NCBI GenBank assembly: GCA_015059065.1
Contig: SVBE01000001.1
Coordinates: 133,905 to 197,904, forward strand
DNA length: 64,000 bases
Source: Erysipelotrichaceae bacterium
GTDB taxonomy: Bacteria; Bacillota_I; Bacilli_A; RFN20; CAG-826
Direction: 5' to 3'
In this document: positions 30,855 through 39,656 of the stretch, piece by piece
Layout: each line of letters begins with the position of its first letter
How positions within the stretch are numbered: position 1 is the stretch's first letter
Notes under the pieces: model-generated
Told to the model about the DNA's origin: nothing
Seen by the model: only the letters and a program-made list of their open reading frames with translations
The model's database searches: none
Made by a program: the position numbers and the translations under genes

Positions 30855-31097
30855 CTATTTGAATTGACCAAACACTTCTTCATGTGATAATCGTTTGGTA
30901 GTGGACTTGGCCTGTTTTTCTGCTTCATCCAACGCTTTTTCAATATGGTTAGTTAAAAGTTCATATTCTTTTAAGGACATCACGACCATTGACCCATAAC
31001 CATTCTTTGTAAGAATAACAGGTCCTTTATTTAGGACTGCTTCTTCAATACTGGTGAAATTGTTTCTTAAATCTGATATTGGTCTAATGTCTAACAT
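30855..31097 (-). CDS. Phd/YefM-family antitoxin
   Basis: MLDIRPISDLRNNFTSIEEAVLNKGPVILTKNGYGSMVVMSLKEYE is a typical Phd/YefM N-terminus. Confidence 0.8.
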   Translation of the reverse strand: MLDIRPISDLRNNFTSIEEAVLNKGPVILTKNGYGSMVVMSLKEYELLTNHIEKALDEAEKQAKSTTKRLSHEEVFGQFK

Positions 31098-31112
31098 AAG
31101 CTTTACCTCTAC

Positions 31113-31133
31113 TTATCATAATATTATCATAAT
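31113..31133. promoter_or_regulatory. Tandem 10-nt direct repeat TTATCATAAT x2 (11-bp period) upstream of the Phd-RelE operon; candidate operator / -10 region
   Basis: Read directly. The repeat lies 16-36 nt upstream of the antitoxin ATG. Confidence 0.35.
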
Positions 31134-31173
31134 TTAGCCATTTGCTAATAGTGAAGTAGTATTTGATTGTCTT

Positions 31174-31233
31174 ACCTCCTACTTATATATACAGAAAAAA
31201 GTCATTATTTCGACGCGAAAAATATAAAAATTT
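31174..31233 (-). repeat. Conserved intergenic element, type B, copy 2
   Basis: Gene-sense sequence: AAATTTTTATATTTTTCGCGTCGAAATAATGACTTTTTTCTGTATATATAAGTAGGAGGTAAG. It lies about 80 nt upstream of the Phd-RelE operon. Confidence 0.8.
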
Positions 31234-31289
31234 ATCATCAATAACGGATAATACTAGTTTTTATCAAAGATAACTTGTAATATTAGTAT

Positions 31290-31498
31290 GATTCGATAAG
31301 AGAACCCATCATCTACTAATGTATTAGCGAGTGCCGGTTGGTGAAAAGGGCATGACTAGGTAGATGAACGCCACTCTCTTGAAGCGATTAATACCCGCCG
31401 TTAATGCTGACGAGATAGCATAATTGAGTGTCAATAATATTATTATTGGAAATAGGATGGTATCGCGGCAAATGTCGTTCCTAACAAGAACGTTTTTT
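31290..31498 (+). promoter_or_regulatory. T-box riboswitch leader, Ala (GCC) specifier, with terminator
   Basis: Stem I pairs AAGAGA with TCTCTT and CATCTAC with GTAGATG. It has an AGCGA bulge and a GGTGAAA distal loop. The specifier loop is AAC-GCC-A. The T-box sequence is AATAGGATGGTATCGCGG. CGTTC..GAACG plus T6 lies just before alaS. Confidence 0.8.
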
Positions 31499-31517
31499 AT
31501 TATTTGGAGGTAGTCTT

Positions 31518-34100
31518 ATGAGAAAGATGACTAGTGAAGAAATTAGAAACACATGGCTTAAGTTCTTTGAGAGCAAAGGACACCATGTCGAACCAAGCGC
31601 TTCTTTAGTGCCAATTAATGACCCAACTTTACTTTGGATCAATGCTGGCGTGGCCGCGCTTAAAAAATATTTTGATGGTAGTGAGATTCCTGTTTGTCGC
31701 AGAATTACTAATGCCCAGAAATCCATTAGAACTAATGATATTGAAAATGTTGGTGACGCGACTCACTTAACATTCTTTGAAATGTTAGGTAACTTCTCTA
31801 TCGGTGACTATTTCCGTAAAGAAGTAATACCTTGGGCAGTGGAAATGCTCTTCTCCCCTGAGTGGTTTAACTTTCCAAAGGAAAGAATCTATGTTACATA
31901 TCACCCCGATGATTTAGAAACCAAGAAATGCTGGATGGATGCTGGTATAGAAGAAAGTCATTTAATCACCAAAGAAGATAACTTCTGGGAAATCGGTGAA
32001 GGCCCATGTGGCCCAGATACAGAAGTGCACTTCGATAGAGGTGAAAAATATGATCCAGAACATATTGGACTAAGATTACTTGAAGAAGATTTACCAAACT
32101 TCCGTTTCGTGGAAATCTGGAATATCGTCTTCTCTCAGTTCAACAGCGAACCAGGTAAAAAGAGAAGCGAATATAAAGAGCTCCCAAGCAAGAATATCGA
32201 TACTGGCGCGGGCTTAGAAAGATTCGCGGTTGTCCTTCAAGAGACTGATACAGTTTATGAAACTGATTTATTCTGGCCAATCATCGAACATACAGAAAAG
32301 ATTGCTAATAAAAAATACGATTATAATATGCGTGCCTTTAGAGTCATCGCTGACCATATGAGAACTTGTACTTTTGCTTTAAGCGATGGAGCCAGCTTCT
32401 CTAATGAAGGTCGTGGCTATGTCTTAAGAAGACTTCTTAGAAGAGCGTCTCGATACGGTAAAGTATTAGGCATCAATAAACCATTCTTATATGAACTTGT
32501 GGATACGGTTATTGAGATTATGAAAGGCTATTATCCATATCTACTTAACAAAGCTGATTTCGTGAAAAAATCCATTAAGGCAGAAGAAGAAAAGTTCTTA
32601 AGAACTTTAAATAATGGTGAAGAAATCCTTCTCAAGAAGATTGAAGGCAGTTCTTCTTTAAGTGGAGAAGATATGTTCCTTCTCTATGACACATTCGGAT
32701 TCCCAAAAGAATTAACGATGGAAATCTGTGATGAACATAATGTGAGTTATGATATCGATAGATTTAATGAACTCATGAAAGAACAGAGACAAAGAGCGAG
32801 AGATGCGCGTGGCGATCTCCAATCGATGAACAAACAGTCCAAAGATTTAATGGAATTCAAGCTTCCAAGCGAATTCACTTATGATAAAAATGATATTCAA
32901 GCGAAAGTTATCGGCTTATTCGTGAACGGAGAAAAAGTGGATTCAATCTCTGAAAGTGGAGAGATCATCTTTGATAAAACTAATTTCTATGCGGAAAGCG
33001 GTGGTCAAGTAGCCGATACAGGTGTCATTGAAAATGAATCCACATCTTTAAAGGTTAATAACGTCTTAAAAGCTCCAAACAAACAATATCTCCATTATGT
33101 GGAAGTGAGTTATGGTGAAGTTCGTGTTGGTGATACTTTCACATTAAAGATCGATAAAAAACGTCGTCAATTAATCATGCGTAATCACTCTAGCGTGCAC
33201 CTACTTCAAGCCGCATTGACTGAGGTGCTCGGTGACCAAATCGCTCAACATGGTAGCTATGTCTCCGATGAATATTCTCACTTTGACTTCAATCATATGG
33301 AAAAAGTGAAAGATGAAGAACTTAAAGAAGTGGAAAGACTTGTCAATCAATACATCTCAGATGGTATCGAAGAAGAGACTAAAGTTCTTCCAATTGAAGA
33401 AGCGAAGAAACTCGGTGCGAAAGCCTTATTCAATGATAAATATGGTGATGTTGTTCGCGTTGTCACCTTTGGTGAAGTCTCTAAAGAATTCTGTGGTGGC
33501 ACGCATGTTAGCAATACTAGAGATATCGGTTTATTCGTTATAGAAAGCGAAGAAAGCGTCGCTAGTGGTGTTCGTCGTATCACTGCGAGAACTTCCATTA
33601 AAGCTTATGAACTTCTCAAGAAGAGAGAAGCTCAACTCGCTTATGCGCGTGACTTATTAGGTGCTTCTTCAATCTTTGAAGTGAATGCAAGATTAAAAGC
33701 CTTATTAAATGAAAAGAATGCATTAAAGAAAGAACTCGAAACTGCAAAAGATAAACTTGCGAATGCATCTGCTAATAAATTAAATGAAGCCTTCGTGAAT
33801 AAAGATGGCATTTATGTTTTAGCCGAATACATTAAAGGTGCTTCTCGTGAAGCCTTAGTTTCGATGGCGGATAAACTTAAAGTGATTCATCAAGATTACG
33901 TCATCGTCCTCATCGGTGAAACTAACCTACCAATATTAGCAATGGTCGGAGGAAACGCGAAGGGTAAATATCATGCAGGAAAGCTTGTAAAAGAGATTGC
34001 TGGTGTCCTTGGTGGCTCCGGTGGCGGTAGAGATGAATTCGCGAATGGTGCAGGTAGAGATGCTAGCAAGATCGACGAAGCTTTAAAGGTTGTGAAATAA
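31518..34100 (+). CDS. alaS: Alanine--tRNA ligase
   Basis: The N-terminus is EIRNTWLKFFESKGH. The editing-domain H-x3-H (HSSVHLL) and the C-terminal DHHA1-like GGSGGG are present. Confidence 0.97.
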   Translation: MRKMTSEEIRNTWLKFFESKGHHVEPSASLVPINDPTLLWINAGVAALKKYFDGSEIPVCRRITNAQKSIRTNDIENVGDATHLTFFEMLGNFSIGDYFRKEVIPWAVEMLFSPEWFNFPKERIYVTYHPDDLETKKCWMDAGIEESHLITKEDNFWEIGEGPCGPDTEVHFDRGEKYDPEHIGLRLLEEDLPNFRFVEIWNIVFSQFNSEPGKKRSEYKELPSKNIDTGAGLERFAVVLQETDTVYETDLFWPIIEHTEKIANKKYDYNMRAFRVIADHMRTCTFALSDGASFSNEGRGYVLRRLLRRASRYGKVLGINKPFLYELVDTVIEIMKGYYPYLLNKADFVKKSIKAEEEKFLRTLNNGEEILLKKIEGSSSLSGEDMFLLYDTFGFPKELTMEICDEHNVSYDIDRFNELMKEQRQRARDARGDLQSMNKQSKDLMEFKLPSEFTYDKNDIQAKVIGLFVNGEKVDSISESGEIIFDKTNFYAESGGQVADTGVIENESTSLKVNNVLKAPNKQYLHYVEVSYGEVRVGDTFTLKIDKKRRQLIMRNHSSVHLLQAALTEVLGDQIAQHGSYVSDEYSHFDFNHMEKVKDEELKEVERLVNQYISDGIEEETKVLPIEEAKKLGAKALFNDKYGDVVRVVTFGEVSKEFCGGTHVSNTRDIGLFVIESEESVASGVRRITARTSIKAYELLKKREAQLAYARDLLGASSIFEVNARLKALLNEKNALKKELETAKDKLANASANKLNEAFVNKDGIYVLAEYIKGASREALVSMADKLKVIHQDYVIVLIGETNLPILAMVGGNAKGKYHAGKLVKEIAGVLGGSGGGRDEFANGAGRDASKIDEALKVVK

Positions 34101-34101
34101 G

Positions 34102-34527
34102 ATGGAAAAAGCGATTGGTTTAGATTTAGGAAAAAAGACTTTAGGAATTGCAACAAGTGACTCCTTGGGCTTTGCCCATCCACTTGAAACATTCCGTTTC
34201 CCGGCCTTCCAATTTGCTCAAGGTGTAAAAAGAGTCGCGGAAGTTAGTAAAGAAAAGGGTATTACTAATATCGCATTAGGCTATCCTCTTCATCTATCAG
34301 GTCAGCCTTCGGAGATGAGTGAAAACGTCCTCAAATTCAAGGATATGTTATTAGAAGACAACCCAAATTATAAAATTGAATTAGTGGATGAAAGATTAAC
34401 CTCTGTTCAGGCGAATAACACATTATCTTACCTCGATGTCAGCCATCAGAAAAGAAAGGATAATGTCGACGCGCTTGCCGCTACTGAAATACTTGAATCA
34501 TATTTAAGAAGCAAGCAATATAAATAA
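34102..34527 (+). CDS. ruvX: Holliday-junction-resolvase-like nuclease RuvX/YqgF
   Basis: IGLDLGKKTLGIATSD and DERLTS are present. The gene follows alaS, as in Bacillus. Confidence 0.9.
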   Translation: MEKAIGLDLGKKTLGIATSDSLGFAHPLETFRFPAFQFAQGVKRVAEVSKEKGITNIALGYPLHLSGQPSEMSENVLKFKDMLLEDNPNYKIELVDERLTSVQANNTLSYLDVSHQKRKDNVDALAATEILESYLRSKQYK

Positions 34528-34538
34528 AGGAGAGATTT

Positions 34539-34814
34539 ATGGCAGAAATTAAAGATAATCAAATTGTGATCACCGATGATAACGGTGAAGAAATGGTGAT
34601 GGAAATCTTATTCACCTATGATAACGAAGAAAGAAATAAAAAATATGTCTTCTTCTTTGATCCAAACGACGAAGACAATGTCATAGCGATGTCATATGAT
34701 GAAGAGACTGGTGAATTATTTGAAATTGAAGACGATGAAGAATATGAAGAAATCGAAGAAGTCTTCAATGCATATAATGAAGATCCAGAAATCCAAAAAC
34801 TCAAAGAAGATTAA
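34539..34814 (+). CDS. DUF1292-family small acidic protein
   Basis: ITDDNGEEMVMEILFTY..KKYVFF and an acidic C-terminus are present. Its position after ruvX is conserved. Confidence 0.8.
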   Translation: MAEIKDNQIVITDDNGEEMVMEILFTYDNEERNKKYVFFFDPNDEDNVIAMSYDEETGELFEIEDDEEYEEIEEVFNAYNEDPEIQKLKED

Positions 34815-35383
34815 TAATAGATTATTATTCCAAAGATAGCGGCAACAACAATTAATAAGATTGGGTTGACCGCTTTTTTATTGACCTTTTTATAGATGAA
34901 CATTCCACTTCCTAAGATGAGGAATAAAGCAAAAGCTTTACGGTCAAACACAAATTCACTAGAGAAGGAATTGCCACTGAAGAACATGAGTTTGACGAAA
35001 AGAATGATGGTGGTTGATAATATCAAAGAGATAGCAACAGGGATGATGCCGTTAAGACCACCTTTAACATATTTGTTCTTCAGGAATTTATTGATGATCA
35101 TCGCGACGATGATAATGATGATGAGACTTGGGAGGATAACTCCAATAGTGGCACAAACCGCACCGAAAGGACCACCGACAGTGGAACCGATGAAGGTGGA
35201 GATATTGATGGCAAAAGGACCAGGGGTGGATTCGCTTATAGCGATGAAGTTAGTGAGCGCGTCTTCATTGATCCAGCCTTTGGATATCACCATATTCTGG
35301 ATGAGAGGAATCATCGCATAACCGCCACCAAAGGTGAATAATCCGATTAAAAAGAAGGTATAGAATAATTCAAAGAATATCAT
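34811..35383 (-). CDS. Chromate-transporter (ChrA) family half-size protein
   Basis: FTFGGGYAMIPLI and ESTPGP motifs are present. It is paired with the upstream half-size paralog. Confidence 0.8.
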   Translation of the reverse strand: MIFFELFYTFFLIGLFTFGGGYAMIPLIQNMVISKGWINEDALTNFIAISESTPGPFAINISTFIGSTVGGPFGAVCATIGVILPSLIIIIIVAMIINKFLKNKYVKGGLNGIIPVAISLILSTTIILFVKLMFFSGNSFSSEFVFDRKAFALFLILGSGMFIYKKVNKKAVNPILLIVVAAIFGIIIYY

Positions 35384-35952
35384 TCTTTATCTCCTTTCAC
35401 TTTGACGGATATCACACCAACAAGCGCGCCTATTAAGATCAAGCCAATGCTGATAAAGGGAATACTGATAGAGAATATTGATAAAGTGGTCATTGTGATT
35501 AATGAGACGATAAAGACGATGACAGAAATAGCGCTTTTATCGACGTTTTTGCTGAGTTTAATCACGGCGTTTAATAGTAGCAATATGACTGCGACCTTGA
35601 TGCCTTTAAACATTGCCACAACCCATGACCAGGACATAAAAGTATCGTAGATTAATGAAATTAAAAAGATGACGACAAAGCTTGGGACAGCTAAACCAAA
35701 AGTCGCGAATATCGCTCCCCAAATACCAGCTTGTTTATAGCCCACATAAGTAGCGGTATTAACAGCGACAGGACCAGGGGTGGATTCCGCAATACCGATG
35801 ATTTCAAGCATCTCAGTATCTGTCACCCATTTCTTCTTTTCAACCGCTTCTTTATGAATGAGAGGAATCATCGCATACCCCCCTCCAAAGGTAAATAGAC
35901 CAATCTTCATAAAGGTGAGCATTAAAATAAGACAATTTTTCACTTTATTCAT
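35380..35952 (-). CDS. Chromate-transporter (ChrA) family half-size protein
   Basis: FTFGGGYAMIPLI and ESTPGPVAVN are present. The likely start is MNKVKNC; the track start at 36006 is longer. Confidence 0.8.
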   Translation of the reverse strand: MNKVKNCLILMLTFMKIGLFTFGGGYAMIPLIHKEAVEKKKWVTDTEMLEIIGIAESTPGPVAVNTATYVGYKQAGIWGAIFATFGLAVPSFVVIFLISLIYDTFMSWSWVVAMFKGIKVAVILLLLNAVIKLSKNVDKSAISVIVFIVSLITMTTLSIFSISIPFISIGLILIGALVGVISVKVKGDKE

Positions 35953-36080
35953 CGTAGATATTTTACAAAATATAATCCGTTTTGTCATAAATAAGTCATA
36001 TATCATGAAAAAAGTAAGAAATTATTAGGCAATAACAAATGATATTGTTATAATACTAGTTGCAAAAAGAGGTATTAACT

Positions 36081-36551
36081 ATGGCAGATAAAACTAAATT
36101 AACAAAAGAAGGTAAGACTAAACTTGAAGCAGAACTTCGTCATTTAATCGATGTTGACCGCGAAGAAGTCAAAGCTCAATTAAAAGAAGCGCGTGCCCAA
36201 GGTGACTTATCTGAAAACGCTGACTACGATGCTGCAAGAGCAAGACAAGCGGAAGTTGAAGGCCGTATCACTGAGATTGAAAACATCTTAGCTAACGCAG
36301 AGATTATCGTCGAGAAAAAAGGCGATTCCAAAAAGGTTGGCTTAGGTTCCACAGTGGATGTCGAATATCTCGAAATTGGTAAAAAAGGCACATACACAAT
36401 CGTCGGTTCCGTTGAATCAGATCCATTCCAAGGCAAGATTTCTAATGACTGCCCACTCGGAGCTGCCTTAATTGGTAAAAAAGAAGGTGACATCATAGAT
36501 GTCAAAGGCAATAAGCCATACCAAGTCAAAATATTAAAATTAACAAAATAA
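36081..36551 (+). CDS. greA: Transcription elongation factor GreA
   Basis: MADKTKLTKEG..DLSENADYDAAR is present. AAGAGG lies upstream. The track start at 36060 is TTG. Confidence 0.95.
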   Translation: MADKTKLTKEGKTKLEAELRHLIDVDREEVKAQLKEARAQGDLSENADYDAARARQAEVEGRITEIENILANAEIIVEKKGDSKKVGLGSTVDVEYLEIGKKGTYTIVGSVESDPFQGKISNDCPLGAALIGKKEGDIIDVKGNKPYQVKILKLTK

Positions 36552-36552
36552 T

Positions 36553-36609
36553 AAATTTCTGCGTCGAAATTTGCGATTTTTGCCCTCTTTATATATAGGA
36601 GGGTTTTTT
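36553..36609 (+). repeat. Conserved intergenic element, type A, copy 1; contains the greA terminator hairpin (about 36583-36609) whose 3' arm is the comEA SD
   Basis: Sequence: AAATTTCTGCGTCGAAATTTGCGATTTTTGCCCTCTTTATATATAGGAGGGTTTTTT. It is nearly identical to the copy at 63237-63292. Confidence 0.85.
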
Positions 36610-36611
36610 AT

Positions 36612-37184
36612 ATGGTAAAAATCATCATCGGTGTAATCGTAGTGGCGGTCATTGCGATTACGGCATTCATGGTTCTTGATCCAAACATCAATTTGGTGAG
36701 AACTACTGATACGTCAAATACCACAAGCATGGACATTATGAACGAGGCGAGCAATTCACTTTCTACTCCACAATTTGTGGTAAGCATTGAAGGGGAGATT
36801 AGCAAAGAAGGTAGTTATGGTTTTGCTGAACAACCCACGATGGCGGATCTCATCGAAGCTGCAGGGGGAATTACAACTGCCGCGGATGAAAGATGCTATT
36901 TTGAAGATGCAAAATTAGATAACGGCAAAACTTATTTCATCTCCTCTCGATATGAATCTGGAAACATTTGTTCATTAGTGGAACTTAAAAAGGTGAATAT
37001 CAACACTGATAATGCCGACACTTTACTCGGCATCAGTGGATTTACCACCAGCGTTGCTAATAGCATCGTTTCCTATCGTGGAGAAAAAGGGCAGTTTAAT
37101 ACGATTGAAGAGCTGCTTGAAGTATACGGTATTGGTAATGCGACATACCGCAAGGTGAGAAGTTACGTCATTCTTCACGAATGA
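36612..37184 (+). CDS. comEA: Competence protein ComEA (membrane anchor, SLBB-like domain and helix-hairpin-helix DNA-binding domain)
   Basis: It has an N-terminal TM helix and a C-terminal FNTIEELLEVYGIGNATYRKV HhH. It is followed by comEC. Confidence 0.85.
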   Translation: MVKIIIGVIVVAVIAITAFMVLDPNINLVRTTDTSNTTSMDIMNEASNSLSTPQFVVSIEGEISKEGSYGFAEQPTMADLIEAAGGITTAADERCYFEDAKLDNGKTYFISSRYESGNICSLVELKKVNINTDNADTLLGISGFTTSVANSIVSYRGEKGQFNTIEELLEVYGIGNATYRKVRSYVILHE

Positions 37185-39202
37185 TTCTTCTTTTTGCCTT
37201 AATCAGCTTAGTCATTGGATTATATTTTCGTTATCACCTACTACCTTGTATTATCTTATCCCTGATTTTATTAACGATAAGCTTCTTTAGAGGCAGGAAA
37301 AAGCTTTATTTGCTCGTCAGCACTTCCTGCCTCCTAATCGGGGTTATAACGAGCTATATTTCTTTTCATTATGAAAGCAATAGTTATGATGCTTTAGTTG
37401 TTGAAGTTAAAGAGAATTATTATATTGCTTCTAGTAGATTAAAAAAACTATACGTCTATGAAAAAGATAACAAGAAAGAAGTAGGGGATATCATTCATAT
37501 TGAAGGGGAGAAAAAAGAATTAGATTTTTCTCTTCTTGAAAGCGGTTTTGATTTTAAGGATTACCTCAATAAGAAAGGTATCGATTATGAATTCAAAGTT
37601 AAAAGAGAAAATGTCATCTTCTCTAACCCGTTAAGATTTAGAGATTATCAAGAGAAATTCCTCTCCCATTTTAGTGATGAATATAGAGGATTAATCGCCT
37701 CGATGCTATTAGCGAGAAACGAGGATTATAACGGTAAAGATAATCTGGATAGTCTACATTTAAATAGGTTAATTAATACAAGCGGAATATATTATGGTAT
37801 TTATCTATCTTTTTTCACTTTCATCTTCTCCATATTTTTTAAGAAGAAGTGGGCAAAGCTGCTCGGATTAGTGCTTTTTACTCCCTATGTTTTTTCCTTG
37901 TTTGGCAAATTCTCTTTAATGCGATTTTATGTATTCGCTGTATTTCGATATTTCAACGAATATGTATTTAAGAAGAAGGTGCCTTTTCTCACTTATTATC
38001 CGTTAATCGGAATTGGCTTTTTGATATTTGATTATCATCTCGTATATCAGGATTCATTCATCCTAGGCTTTTCTATTCCTTTATTAGTGCAGCTCATTTC
38101 TCATTCTTTTCCGATTACCCGTTTAAGGTATAAGAAAATGCTCATCGGTGTGTTAATACTAATCTTTTTTATACCATTTGATATCAAATATCATAATGAG
38201 ATATATCCTCTTTCATATCCTTTACAGGTGATATTCACTCCGATATTCACTCTTTTAGGATTATTAGGAATATTTTCTTTATATGGTTTACCGCTTTATC
38301 CACTTATCGAGCTTATTGCGCATTTGATCATTTCCATATCGAGCTTTATGGTGAATTTAAAGTTCGCTATTTTTCTTCCCGCGATGAATGAATATATCTG
38401 TTTATTTTATTACGGATTATATTTCGTCTTTTGTTATTATTATTCGATTCGTTTTCGACTTATCTATAAATATCTATTACTAGTTTTATCGGTCTTTTCA
38501 TTCTGCTATATCACCCCGATTAATAACGGCTTAACTGATAGTGTGACTTTTATTAATGTAGGTCAAGGAGATTCATGTTTAATCACTCATAAATATACTA
38601 GTGTATTGATCGATACTGGAGGTTCAATATATACGGATATCGGTCAAGAATGTTTAATCCCATATTTCAAAAGTCGCAGAATCTATGATATCGATTTAGT
38701 GATAACCACTCATGACGATTATGATCATATGGGTGCCTTAGCTTCTTTAGAGAATCATTTCACTGTAAAAAATTACATAAAAGAAGTAGATAAATTCCCG
38801 ATTGATATCGGAGGGATTCATTTCACAAATTACAATACTTTTTCAACATCTTCTAATGAGGAGAATGATAAGTCATTAGTGATTGGTTTTTCTCTATCTA
38901 ATGTCGACTTTTTGATCATGGGAGATGCGCCGATAAGCGTCGAGAAACAGATGATGAAAAAGTATCGTCATATCCCTTGTGACATCTTAAAAGTTGGACA
39001 TCATGGTAGCGATACATCAACATCAGACGAATTCGTTAAATTCCTCTCTCCAAAAGAGGCGATAATCTCTGCGGGAAAGAACAATAAATATGGTCATCCC
39101 CATAAAAGTGTGATTCAGACTTTAAAGAACAATAATGTCAAAATACGTTCGACATTTATTGAAGGCAGTATCTCTTATACTTATTATTCTTTTGCTCTAT
39201 AA
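37181..39202 (+). CDS. comEC: DNA internalization channel ComEC/Rec2 with a metallo-beta-lactamase domain
   Basis: It is polytopic. VTFINVGQGDSCLI, TTHDDYDH and KVGHHGSDTS are MBL motifs. Confidence 0.9.
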   Translation: MILLFALISLVIGLYFRYHLLPCIILSLILLTISFFRGRKKLYLLVSTSCLLIGVITSYISFHYESNSYDALVVEVKENYYIASSRLKKLYVYEKDNKKEVGDIIHIEGEKKELDFSLLESGFDFKDYLNKKGIDYEFKVKRENVIFSNPLRFRDYQEKFLSHFSDEYRGLIASMLLARNEDYNGKDNLDSLHLNRLINTSGIYYGIYLSFFTFIFSIFFKKKWAKLLGLVLFTPYVFSLFGKFSLMRFYVFAVFRYFNEYVFKKKVPFLTYYPLIGIGFLIFDYHLVYQDSFILGFSIPLLVQLISHSFPITRLRYKKMLIGVLILIFFIPFDIKYHNEIYPLSYPLQVIFTPIFTLLGLLGIFSLYGLPLYPLIELIAHLIISISSFMVNLKFAIFLPAMNEYICLFYYGLYFVFCYYYSIRFRLIYKYLLLVLSVFSFCYITPINNGLTDSVTFINVGQGDSCLITHKYTSVLIDTGGSIYTDIGQECLIPYFKSRRIYDIDLVITTHDDYDHMGALASLENHFTVKNYIKEVDKFPIDIGGIHFTNYNTFSTSSNEENDKSLVIGFSLSNVDFLIMGDAPISVEKQMMKKYRHIPCDILKVGHHGSDTSTSDEFVKFLSPKEAIISAGKNNKYGHPHKSVIQTLKNNNVKIRSTFIEGSISYTYYSFAL

Positions 39203-39209
39203 TATATTT

Positions 39210-39656
39210 ATGAGCAAAGACTATATCATCTTCCTCTGTCACGGGAATATTTGCCGTTCTCCAATGGCCCAGTTCATCTTTTTGGATGAAATTAACAAAA
39301 GAGGATTAAGTGACAAATATGAAGTTGACTCAATGGCGGTCTCTTATGAAGAAGAAGGTAATGATATCGATTATCGAGCGAAACAACAGATGAATAAGAA
39401 TCATATTCCGTTTTCTTATCATCCCGCGCATCGCATTTCTAAAGATGAATTTCTCAAAGCTAAAGTGATTTATACGATGGATAATAGCAATATCTATTTT
39501 TTAAAAAGGATTTTTCCTGATTTAGACCATTCTAAGGTTAGATTGCTCAATCATCCTTATGAAATCTCTGATCCATGGTATACCCATAATTTTGATTTGG
39601 CCTTTAAGGAAATACATCAAAGTATAGTGAAGATATTAGATGGGGGTAATTTATGA
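39210..39656 (+). CDS. Low-molecular-weight protein-tyrosine (or arsenate-reductase-like) phosphatase
   Basis: CHGNICRSPMA is the C-X5-R-S P-loop, and a DPW/DP loop is present. The ATG at 39210 is preferred over the track start, which lies inside comEC. Confidence 0.85.
   Translation: MSKDYIIFLCHGNICRSPMAQFIFLDEINKRGLSDKYEVDSMAVSYEEEGNDIDYRAKQQMNKNHIPFSYHPAHRISKDEFLKAKVIYTMDNSNIYFLKRIFPDLDHSKVRLLNHPYEISDPWYTHNFDLAFKEIHQSIVKILDGGNL

Noticed and set aside
34811-36006. Two adjacent half-length chrA ORFs that could be a frameshifted pseudogene.
   Set aside because: Each half has its own start and both carry the FGGGYAMIPLI and ESTPGP motifs. Paired half-size ChrA genes are a known normal arrangement.
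36560-36570. Resemblance of GTCGAAAT in the conserved element to the streptococcal ComX cin-box (TACGAATA).
   Set aside because: Only 5-6 of 8 positions match. The position relative to the start codon does not fit a -10-like box, and no ComX/SigX gene is visible. It is too weak to claim.
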